In this document: one piece after another, positions 25,777 through 34,024 of the stretch
How positions within the stretch are numbered: position 1 is the stretch's first letter
Layout: every line of letters begins with the position of its first letter
Origin: an uncultured Chloroflexia bacterium
Lineage (GTDB): Bacteria; Chloroflexota; Anaerolineae; Anaerolineales; Villigracilaceae
Length of the DNA stretch: 40,000 bases
Assembly: GCA_963790685.1 (NCBI GenBank)
Contig: CAWBPK010000001.1
Location: forward strand, 1,005,066-1,045,065
Reading direction: 5' to 3'
Made by a program: the position numbers and the translations under genes
Notes under the pieces: generated by a model
The model's input: only the letters and a program-made list of their open reading frames with translations
Database searches by the model: none
Told to the model about the DNA's origin: nothing

Positions 25777-27598
25777 CCTAGAGATTCAGCCGAGAACCGG
25801 CAAATCTGAATATCAGACATCGAAAATCGAGGTCAAGGAAGGGAAATGCTCGCCCAAAAGCCGTATTTGCGAGCTCAGGTGATGGAAAAAAGAAGAAACG
25901 GACTTGCCTTTGGGGACCATTTGCCCTGTCTGAGAGGCGATCAGGGTCAAATTCGCCACGGTTGCTGCCAGCAGCAGCTGGAAGGTAGTCTTTTTTCGGC
26001 CGAAGTAGCGCGCTTGACGGATCCCCAACTGCACCAGTCGTGCCAGGCGGTGCTCGGCGGTTTGCCGGGCTTGCCGATAGGGCAGAAACCCAGGGCTGTG
26101 TTGGAAGGCTCGGGCCTGCTGCAACAACTCTTCCTGGGGGTGGAGTTGGACCGTGCGGCCCCGCTGGGTCTTAGCCTGGAAGCACTGCGGGCGCAGCGGG
26201 CAGGCTGCGCAGGTCTCCGCTGCAAAGAGGAAGGCGGTGCCAGACTGTCTCTTCCGGTTCCGATCCAAACAGGTGCCGTTGGGAATCAAGGTGCCCGTGG
26301 TATGACCCGCCGGGCAGGTACAAGTCATGGCTTTCAAATCGATGTGGAATTGGCTCTTTTTGATGTTTCCCTTCCGACCGTGATCAGTCACCTTGGCAAT
26401 CAGGCTGCGTCCAGCATCGGCGAATTCCTGGCGGGTGTTGCCGTCTCCATAAGCACAGTCACCCACTGTCTCCTCCGCTTCCAGCCCGGTGTTGGCCTCA
26501 CTGCCCTCTGTCAGCTCCAACGCATGCGTGGCGTCCCAGGCGTTGCCCGGCAAGACCTCCACCTCGGTGATCAACTGGCTGTCGGCGTCCACGGCGATGG
26601 CCGCCTTATGCCCGTCGAAGCGCTTGGCGCGGCTCTTACGTCCATGTCGCATCTCGGGGTCGCTCACCGAAACAATCCGGTCTCGGCTAACCCCGTCCTT
26701 CAAGTCCGCCTGCCCGTCGGCCTGATCGACATCCTGCTCGAGCAATTGCCCGAGCAGCTCTCCAGCTATGGCGATCCGCTTTGCGGCCGGATGCTTCTCG
26801 TTCAGGCTTGCCTGCTTCTCCCGCGCCAGCTGCAGCAGGCGCCGAGCGTCCACCACGATCTTTCGCAAGAAAACGCTGCGTGCCTGCTCGTCGTCCCAAT
26901 CAATGGCCGCCTCCCCTTTGAGGCTCGAACCAAAGTAGCCCTGGAACTCATGCGCCTTTACCCAGGCTACCAACTTTTGCCCCTGCGCTGCAGCCAACGC
27001 CCGGCACAGTTGCTGAATGCCGTCCCCCAGCAGGTTGTAAGTATCCCGCACCGCTCCTCGACCCAGGATGTAGGTGGTGTCCAGGATCACTTTCATTCGC
27101 CGCCCCTTCAAATACCCCGATTGCTTGGCCAGTTCCAGGCTGCGCACGAACACCTCGCGCATCTTCTCCTTGAGAATAAGTTGGGCTCGGAACAACTGCA
27201 GGGTGCTCTTGGCGAACGGTCGCTCGTCCACTTCGATCCCCAAGGCCACCTTCCACCGCAGATCATAGTCCGCCCGCGCCTTGGCCTCTTCGTCCGAGAC
27301 CCCCTCATAGGTCTGCAGCAGCATGGCGTTGGCCAGCAGGCTGGGGGCTACGCTGGGCCGCCCGTTGTCCGGACAGTAGAAGACGGCGAAGTCTTCGTCC
27401 CGAAACAGCCGTCCGCGCTGGCTGGCCAGAAAGCCGTAGAAGCTGCCCCGGCCTACAAACTCCAGGTATTGGTTATCTGCCTCGAACAGGCTGCCTTGCT
27501 GAGAATGTTTACCAAGCATGTCTCACTCCTGATTTGGACTATCGCGGAGTGTAATACCAAACCCCGAAAAACGCGAGCTTTTCGGCCGGGCTTCTAGG
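25777..27598 (-). mobile_element. IS1182/IS5-superfamily insertion sequence, visibly more GC-rich than its flanks; boundaries approximate
   Basis: A single transposase ORF. It has imperfect terminal inverted repeats: CCTAGAGATTCAGCCGAGAA at 25777-25796 against the reverse complement of 27579-27598 (CCTAGAAGCCCGGCCGAAAA). CTAG is present at both ends. Composition drops sharply outside these points. Confidence 0.55.
25813..27519 (-). CDS. DDE transposase (DUF772-type N-terminus, IS1182/IS5-like)
   Basis: 568 aa. Carries GRPSVAPSLLANAMLLQTYEGVSDEEAKARADYDLRWKVALG, a CxxCPLRxQC motif (CAACPLRPQC), and a C-terminal RLARLVQLGIRQARYFGRKKTTFQLLLAATVANL. Confidence 0.85.
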   Translation of the reverse strand: MLGKHSQQGSLFEADNQYLEFVGRGSFYGFLASQRGRLFRDEDFAVFYCPDNGRPSVAPSLLANAMLLQTYEGVSDEEAKARADYDLRWKVALGIEVDERPFAKSTLQLFRAQLILKEKMREVFVRSLELAKQSGYLKGRRMKVILDTTYILGRGAVRDTYNLLGDGIQQLCRALAAAQGQKLVAWVKAHEFQGYFGSSLKGEAAIDWDDEQARSVFLRKIVVDARRLLQLAREKQASLNEKHPAAKRIAIAGELLGQLLEQDVDQADGQADLKDGVSRDRIVSVSDPEMRHGRKSRAKRFDGHKAAIAVDADSQLITEVEVLPGNAWDATHALELTEGSEANTGLEAEETVGDCAYGDGNTRQEFADAGRSLIAKVTDHGRKGNIKKSQFHIDLKAMTCTCPAGHTTGTLIPNGTCLDRNRKRQSGTAFLFAAETCAACPLRPQCFQAKTQRGRTVQLHPQEELLQQARAFQHSPGFLPYRQARQTAEHRLARLVQLGIRQARYFGRKKTTFQLLLAATVANLTLIASQTGQMVPKGKSVSSFFHHLSSQIRLLGEHFPSLTSIFDV

Positions 27599-28250
27599 TA
27601 CGATAAGAACATCTGCATCCATCTGGATTTTACCGATCCTTTATTGTGTATGAATAGGACAGAGGTAATTCCAGCAATGGCGACTTCAGTGACGAGAATA
27701 TGAACATTGGATCAACACTCTATCCCAATTGGCACAATTTGATTATATCCTCCTGCCAGTGAAGGTAAGGAATTCAGATAGGACACAGTAAGGAAATTCT
27801 CGGCTGGCGCATCCGAGATTGTTTTACTCGATTTGTTTGACTGAATCTAAATCACAGAATTTAGAAGAATATAAAGTGTTAGAAGCCACCACACACGATA
27901 GGGAGTATAAATTCGCTCGAATACAATAGATGGTCGGCTACCCTTTCAGGTCTAGAGGAATTTTTGGTAGTTAATTTGAAAGAAACCTTAGAACAAAAGA
28001 GCTGGCAACGTTTGCAAAAGCCGTCAAAGTTTCGTTGATCAAGCCATTAATCACAGATGACGAACTTTATAGTTAAATCACCTGGGTGGCATAAAATGGG
28101 TTAATATTTTGTGCATCTGTTTCCAGGCATTCCTTTTATTGATCCAATCTCTTTCCAGATGCCAATGGAAATCAGAAATTTCAGGGATGTGATTTGATCC
28201 CTCTTTCCTCCGCTTTAATCGGACGCGGAAGGAATTTAAATCACATAATG

Positions 28251-28874
28251 CTATGGGTTGGGAACCCCTGAGGGTTTTGCCGGGAAACTCCCACCCCAGT
28301 TGATTATGTCACATGTGACTGTTTGATTGCTGACCACCTGCACGATGGCGGAACACCCACCTGCATGACCGGAAGAATCATATGCAACTACCTGGTAATG
28401 GCCGGTTGTAATATAACCATCCATTGAATAGTATGTTGTCCCAGATCCAGTGATCCAGTACCAGTAACGGTACGGGGGCTCCTGGCCGTATGCTACGATC
28501 GCAAGTGCAGGAACAGAGCCATAAGGATAACCGTTAATACTCCCTGCAATGCTACCCAGGCCCAGGGTTGGGGAAGGTGTTGATCCTATCGTCATGGTGG
28601 GGGGCAGCGTGGAGGTAAGGGTTTTTATCGGGATAGCCGTCGCACTCGGTGCCTGTGTTGCTGTCTGCGTGATGGTTGACTGGACCGGTGAGGGAGATGC
28701 TGCGGGATGAATGGGTGTCGGTTGTGCGTACTGCGTAAACGCGGCCAGGGTGGCCGCGACTTTAGTTGCCACGATGCCGGTATCTGCAGTGGGATTTGCC
28801 TGTTGCAGAGAACATGCTGTAAGGATTGCAGCTAGAAAAAGATAGGATCCAAGTGGTGTAAATGATAATTTCAT
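28251..28874 (-). CDS. lipoprotein of unknown function
   Basis: I prefer the ATG at 28874, with AGGAG upstream. The signal peptide has a lipobox: MKLSFTPLGSYLFLAAILTAC. An Ala/Thr/Pro-rich linker is followed by an aromatic-rich C-terminal domain. Confidence 0.55.
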   Translation of the reverse strand: MKLSFTPLGSYLFLAAILTACSLQQANPTADTGIVATKVAATLAAFTQYAQPTPIHPAASPSPVQSTITQTATQAPSATAIPIKTLTSTLPPTMTIGSTPSPTLGLGSIAGSINGYPYGSVPALAIVAYGQEPPYRYWYWITGSGTTYYSMDGYITTGHYQVVAYDSSGHAGGCSAIVQVVSNQTVTCDIINWGGSFPAKPSGVPNP

Positions 28875-29137
28875 TTGAACAAACACTCCTATATCTTCAT
28901 TATGGAAGCGAAATCCGATTCCCAATAAATAGAAACAATGCCTCCGCGATTGCAAATGTCCAGATCATGCAGGTGCTCAATAATTATAGAGCCATTTTAT
29001 ATAGATACACACAAACAGTTAGGGTCATTAGGTAATGTAGGCACAGGGACTTAAGAATTTAGTTATCTAAAGTTGGGCGAGTAACCCTCTTTGAACTTTA
29101 TGAATTTATCCGCGCCTGAAACAATTATTACCAATCC

Positions 29138-30976
29138 TTATTCTCGCAAATGGAAGGGCACATCGATGACAACCCGCTCCCGTTCCAGGGTCTGACGCCG
29201 GTAGAGTAGCGCGGTTTTAATGAGCCAGGCAGTTTGGTTATGTAATAATGTCTGCCACCATTTTCCGGGGATGAATTCGGGCAATACCACCGCCGCCAGT
29301 TGACCATCATTGTTTTGCGTGTCCGTTTCATCCAGGAATTGCAGCAATGGTCCGACAATGGATCGGTACGGCGAGGGGACCACAACAAAAGCCACGTCTG
29401 GCCACCAGGCTTCCCATTCCAGACGCGTTTTCTCTCCTGCTCCGGGTTCCAATTCCACATAGACTGCGGTTACATTCCGGGAGATTGATCGGGCGAAATT
29501 TACCGCCTCGACCATTCCGCGGTGAATCCCGGAAATTGGGATGACCACCCGTGTAGTCTCCACCGGTTTTAGCGAAGGAGGTAATCCTTTCAAAGAAAGC
29601 TCTTTACCCACTTGCGTGTAGTGAGCAAAAATCTGGCGAAAGGTGATTACGATTAAGGGGATTAATAAAATTGTGATCCAGGCACCTTCTATAAATTTGC
29701 TGAATATGACAACCACCAGTGTCGTCAAGGTTGCCAAAGCCCCTATACCGTTGATTACAGATTTCAGTCCCCATTGCCTCCCGCGTAATTTCCACCAATG
29801 AATCACCATTCCTGCTTGTGATAGTGTGAAGGCTAGGAAGGCCCCAATAGCAAACAAAGGTACCAATGCATGAGTATCCCCGTGGAAGAAAATAATCAAT
29901 GCGCCTGCTGAAATGGACAAGAAGAGGATTCCATTGGTGAAAACCAGTCGATCTCCTAGGCTTGTTAATTGGCGGGGTAAAAACCCATCTTTTGCAAGGA
30001 TGGCAGATACACGAGGAAAATCCATGAAACTTGTATTGGCTGCCACTGCGAGAATTAGCAGAGTCGAAAATTGGATGATCAGATAGAGTGGACCACTTCC
30101 CAGTAATCTTCGTGCGAGGGCTGACAAAATTGTTTCCTGCGGCCCAGCTACAACGCCAAAGAATTGGGTCAAACTGATACTTCCCAAGAACAGAGTCCCC
30201 ATTAACAATGCCATCACAATTAATGTGCGGCTTGCATTTTTTGAATTTGGAGCTTTAAATGCTGGGACACCATTGCTGATAGCTTCAATACCTGTTAACG
30301 CAGTTGATCCGGTTGAAAAGGCATGTAAGACCAGCACAAGTGTTAGTGGCTCAATTGCTGGGGGAGCGGTATATGTTGTCGCTGAAGGTCCTTCGATTAA
30401 CAGGCGCACTAAACCAAAAGACAACATGGATAGGTACGAAGCCAGGAAAATATAGACAGGCACAGCCATGAATGTGCCCGATTCCTGTATCCCTCGTAAA
30501 TTGATCAGAGTAATTACCAATAAAAGAACCAAGGCAAGCACCACTCGGTATTGCCATAGAAATGGGAATGCCGAAGCCAGTGCAGCCACCCCTGCCGTCA
30601 AACTGACAGCTGCGTTCAATACATAATCGATCATCAGGGCGGCTGCTGCAATCAGACCTGGGACAACTCCCAAATTTGCGCGGGCAACAATATATGATCC
30701 CCCACCGGACGGGTAACCATTTATTGTTTGGTAATAGGAAAAAGCCACAATAACTAAAACAACGGTAATCCCTAGCCCAATTGGCAATGCATATGACAGC
30801 CCTACACTTCCAGCTGCTATTAAACCCAGGTAAATTTCCTGGTTTGCGTATGCAATGGAAGCCAACGCATCGGGCGAGAAGGCTGCCAGTGCCCGGATTT
30901 TGTTCAACTGCTTCTGGCCAAGGGATTTTGTGGGCAGCGCCGGACCGATTAGGATATCCTTCAATTTGGAAAACAT
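29138..30976 (-). CDS. APC-superfamily permease with C-terminal cytoplasmic domain, KimA(YdaO)-like (K+ or amino-acid transporter)
   Basis: 612 aa with about 12 TM helices. From memory, the N-terminus KLKDILIGPALPTKSLGQKQLNKIRALAAFSPDALASIAYANQEIYL resembles the KimA-family N-terminus (IGKPL...KL.KLKALA.LSSDALSSVAYGTE). Substrate is not determinable here. Confidence 0.65.
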   Translation of the reverse strand: MFSKLKDILIGPALPTKSLGQKQLNKIRALAAFSPDALASIAYANQEIYLGLIAAGSVGLSYALPIGLGITVVLVIVAFSYYQTINGYPSGGGSYIVARANLGVVPGLIAAAALMIDYVLNAAVSLTAGVAALASAFPFLWQYRVVLALVLLLVITLINLRGIQESGTFMAVPVYIFLASYLSMLSFGLVRLLIEGPSATTYTAPPAIEPLTLVLVLHAFSTGSTALTGIEAISNGVPAFKAPNSKNASRTLIVMALLMGTLFLGSISLTQFFGVVAGPQETILSALARRLLGSGPLYLIIQFSTLLILAVAANTSFMDFPRVSAILAKDGFLPRQLTSLGDRLVFTNGILFLSISAGALIIFFHGDTHALVPLFAIGAFLAFTLSQAGMVIHWWKLRGRQWGLKSVINGIGALATLTTLVVVIFSKFIEGAWITILLIPLIVITFRQIFAHYTQVGKELSLKGLPPSLKPVETTRVVIPISGIHRGMVEAVNFARSISRNVTAVYVELEPGAGEKTRLEWEAWWPDVAFVVVPSPYRSIVGPLLQFLDETDTQNNDGQLAAVVLPEFIPGKWWQTLLHNQTAWLIKTALLYRRQTLERERVVIDVPFHLRE

Positions 30977-31098
30977 ACTATTTCTCTTTCTCCATGCAGT
31001 CGCTGAAAAAGAAAACCAAATCCAGGATTTATTTAATCTTCATTATAGGGCAAATTGATGCCATTTTGCGATAACCAAAACGTGTGTGAATTCACCTC

Positions 31099-31127
31099 TT
31101 GACACTCTAATATTGCGGGCATATACT
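31099..31127 (+). promoter_or_regulatory. near-consensus sigma70 promoter for mgtA
   Basis: TTGACA (31099-31104), 17-nt spacer, TATACT (31122-31127). The -10 element sits in the centre of the palindrome GCGGGCA-TATAC-TGCCCGC (31115-31133). Confidence 0.5.
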
Positions 31128-31268
31128 GCCCGCGTTGTTAAAAGTAGACCATATGGACGCTAACCTTTCGATAGACACTGACCATAAAAATTATTCCAAA
31201 GTTCTCACTGTTGGGTGGAAGATGCCTGAATGATGGCTTGCTGACCGTGATTTTGCGGTGAATCGTGC

Positions 31269-31309
31269 CTGCCCCCGTGTCTCCACCAGAACGGGGGCAG
31301 TGTTTTGTT
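31269..31309 (+). terminator. intrinsic-terminator-like hairpin in the mgtA 5' leader (attenuator / expression platform)
   Basis: CTGCCCCCGT (31269-31278) pairs with ACGGGGGCAG (31291-31300) across a 12-nt loop. TGTTTTGTT follows, then AGGAGG (31311-31316) and the ATG at 31323. Confidence 0.6.
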
Positions 31310-31322
31310 CAGGAGGTATATC

Positions 31323-33968
31323 ATGAGCTTTTTGCCCGCTGTCAAAATACCTATTCGTCCGCTCAGCTCAGGACATTCGACCGGGGTACAAATTTCAAAA
31401 AAATTGGTGGAAAGCGCCAGGACCGAAATCAATTCAGTATTGACGCAATTCGACACTACTCCCAATGGACTCTCCCAGGGAGTAATTGAAGCGCGTCTCG
31501 AAAAATACGGACCAAATGAGGTAGCCAGGGAAAAGCGCCGCACTTGGCGCATGCGATTGTGGGATAACATAAAGAATCCACTGGTTATTCTTCTATTTAT
31601 TTTGGGAGTAATTTCTTTCTTGACCGGCGACATGCGCGCCACCATTGTCATTCTGACCATGGTAATTCTGGGAATTGTCCTTCGTTACGTCCAGGAAAGT
31701 CGCGCTGATAATGCAGCAGAACAGCTCAAAGCTATGGTCCGTACCACAACCACGGTGATCCGCGATGGTCAGCGGAAAGAGATCCCTCTAAAAGAGTTGG
31801 TTCCGGGGGATATTGTGGCTCTCTCAGCCGGCGACATGATCCCGGCGGATGTTCGAATAATCTCTGCCAAAGACCTCTTCCTTAACCAGGCTGCGCTTAC
31901 AGGGGAATCGCTGCCGGTGGAAAAAACCCAGGCCATGGTGGACGCGTCGGTTGAGAACCCCCTGGAAATGACCAACATCTGTTTCCTCGGCTCCAATATC
32001 GAAAGTGGCACGGGCACGGCTGTCGTTGTCCAGACAGGTAGCGAAACATATTTTGGTTCCCTCGCCAGCAGCATCGTCGGGCAGCGCGTTCTTACAAGTT
32101 TCGATAAAGGGGTTAACCAGTTCACATGGTTGATGATTAGTTTTATGATCGTCATGGTTCCCCTGGTATTTCTATTCAACGGACTTAGCAAACATGATTG
32201 GCTGGAAGCCTTTTTGTTTGCTTTGGCTGTCGCGGTCGGCCTCACTCCTGAAATGCTCCCAATGATAGTAACGGTTAACCTGTCAAAAGGTGCAATTTCC
32301 ATGTCCAGAAAAAAAGTCATTGTTAAAAGGTTGAATTCCATACAAAACTTGGGCGCAATGGATGTGCTTTGTACGGATAAAACTGGCACAATTACGGAAG
32401 GCCGGATCGTCCTTGAAAAACATATGGACGTAAAAGGCAATCCCAGCCAGCGAGTCCTGGACTACGGCTACATGAACAGCTATTACCAGACAGGATTAAA
32501 GAACTTGATGGATGAAGCGATCTTGAACCATGGAGACTTGAACGAAAAACTTCAAGTTGATGAACTCTATCGAAAAATTGATGAATTACCCTTCGATTTC
32601 CAGCGCAAACGGATGTCGGTGATTGTGGAAACCAACCAGGACCAGCATATCCTCATTTGCAAAGGTGCTGTTGAGGAAATAATGCAGCTGTCAACCCACG
32701 TGGAGATAAACGGGCAGGTATTGGTTGTAACCTCGGAGCACGATGAACATCGCAAGCGGCGTGTCCACGAGTTGAACTCCGAAGGTTTTCGCGTCATCGC
32801 CGTTGCCTACCGGGTATTTCCCGGAACAGACGATACCCCCCACTACACCATCAAGGACGAATCAGATCTGACTTTGTTAGGCTACATGGCGTTTCTGGAT
32901 CCTCCTAAATCTTCAGCTAATGAGGCATTAAAAAAACTTAACGAGCATAATGTGGCGGTTAAGATCCTTACTGGCGACAATGACATTGTGACTGGCAATG
33001 TTTGCAAGCAGGTTGGTCTGTCGGTGGACCACATCCTCCTGGGAAATCAGATTGAGGAAATGGACGAAGCTCATCTTGCTGAAGCTGCCCAGGCGAATAC
33101 AGTTTTTGCCAAACTTTCGCCATCTCACAAGGAGCGCATCATCCATGCTTTGCAAAGCAAGGGGCACGTGGTTGGTTTCATGGGAGATGGGATCAATGAT
33201 GCCCCGGCTCTCAAGGCAGCCGATGTGGGTATCTCGGTGGACAGTGCAGTGGATATTGCCAAAGAGTCGTCCGATATTATTTTATTGGAAACCAGTCTGC
33301 TTGTTCTCGAAGCGGGCGTCATGGAAGGACGTCGCGTATTTGGGAACATTACTAAATACATTAAGATGGCTGCCTCTTCCAATTTTGGTAACATGTTCAG
33401 TGTCCTGGGTGCCAGTATTTTTCTTCCTTTCGTGCCTATGTTGCCAATCCAGGTTCTTACGAACAACTTGTTGTACGATTTTTCGCAGACGGCCATCCCG
33501 ACCGACGAAGTCGATGCGGATTGGTTGACCCGCCCCCGCAAATGGGCTATTGGCGAACTCCGTCGCTTTATTATCTTTATTGGCCCGATCAGTTCCATCT
33601 TCGATTACGCAACCTATTTCATCATGTTGTTCGTATATGGAGCTTGGGCAAATCCAGACCCTGCCCATGTCGCCCTGTTTCACACCGGCTGGTTTGTGGA
33701 ATCGCTATTTACCCAAACATTGATCATCCATGTGATCCGAACAAAAAAGATCCCCTTCCTTCAAAGCCGGGCCAGCAAAGCCCTGATCTTTACATCGGTG
33801 GCGATTGTAGCGGTGGGAGCTTATCTCCCATATTCCCCGTTGGCAGCGTTGTTGGGCTTTGTTCCGCTGCCATGGTCATATTGGTTCTGGCTTCTGGGAA
33901 TGTTGGTGATTTATGTGCTCCTGACTCAGGTGATTAAAACATGGTTCTATCGCAGATTCAGCGATTGA
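31323..33968 (+). CDS. mgtA: Mg2+-importing P-type ATPase
   Basis: Carries TGES, CTDKTGTITEG and MGDGINDAPALKAADVGISV. The MgtA-typical NNLLYDFSQTAIPTDEVDADWLTRPRKW...FIGPISSIFDYATY is present. I prefer the start at ATG 31323, behind AGGAGG, over the tracked start at 31305. Confidence 0.9.
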   Translation: MSFLPAVKIPIRPLSSGHSTGVQISKKLVESARTEINSVLTQFDTTPNGLSQGVIEARLEKYGPNEVAREKRRTWRMRLWDNIKNPLVILLFILGVISFLTGDMRATIVILTMVILGIVLRYVQESRADNAAEQLKAMVRTTTTVIRDGQRKEIPLKELVPGDIVALSAGDMIPADVRIISAKDLFLNQAALTGESLPVEKTQAMVDASVENPLEMTNICFLGSNIESGTGTAVVVQTGSETYFGSLASSIVGQRVLTSFDKGVNQFTWLMISFMIVMVPLVFLFNGLSKHDWLEAFLFALAVAVGLTPEMLPMIVTVNLSKGAISMSRKKVIVKRLNSIQNLGAMDVLCTDKTGTITEGRIVLEKHMDVKGNPSQRVLDYGYMNSYYQTGLKNLMDEAILNHGDLNEKLQVDELYRKIDELPFDFQRKRMSVIVETNQDQHILICKGAVEEIMQLSTHVEINGQVLVVTSEHDEHRKRRVHELNSEGFRVIAVAYRVFPGTDDTPHYTIKDESDLTLLGYMAFLDPPKSSANEALKKLNEHNVAVKILTGDNDIVTGNVCKQVGLSVDHILLGNQIEEMDEAHLAEAAQANTVFAKLSPSHKERIIHALQSKGHVVGFMGDGINDAPALKAADVGISVDSAVDIAKESSDIILLETSLLVLEAGVMEGRRVFGNITKYIKMAASSNFGNMFSVLGASIFLPFVPMLPIQVLTNNLLYDFSQTAIPTDEVDADWLTRPRKWAIGELRRFIIFIGPISSIFDYATYFIMLFVYGAWANPDPAHVALFHTGWFVESLFTQTLIIHVIRTKKIPFLQSRASKALIFTSVAIVAVGAYLPYSPLAALLGFVPLPWSYWFWLLGMLVIYVLLTQVIKTWFYRRFSD

Positions 33969-34024
33969 AATCTCAGGGCGGAAGGTGTATGATTGCGGTA
34001 ATTTATTAGTAACGAGAGTGAAAT

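Noticed and set aside
25846-27597. 583-aa ORF on the + strand
   Set aside because: It is exactly antisense to the well-supported 568-aa transposase. It is low-complexity (Leu/Gln/Pro/Gly-rich) with no recognisable motifs. This is a typical shadow ORF in GC-rich DNA.
30977-31098. c-di-AMP (ydaO/kimA-type) riboswitch upstream of the KimA-like permease
   Set aside because: The minus-strand 5' region between a TATAAT box and the ATG is only ~60 nt. That is far too short for the ~130-nt pseudo-symmetric ydaO fold, and no ACGR/CCGA-type conserved cores were seen.
31134-31322. Canonical M-box (ykoK) Mg2+ riboswitch
   Set aside because: Only short blocks resemble the consensus as I remember it. The conserved 5' GGUGAGG core and the full ~160-nt three-helix architecture are not visible. 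It is kept as an unclassified leader pending cmscan.
31205-31660. 151-aa minus-strand ORF
   Set aside because: It overlaps the mgtA start and leader antisense. It has no motifs, and mgtA is unambiguous.
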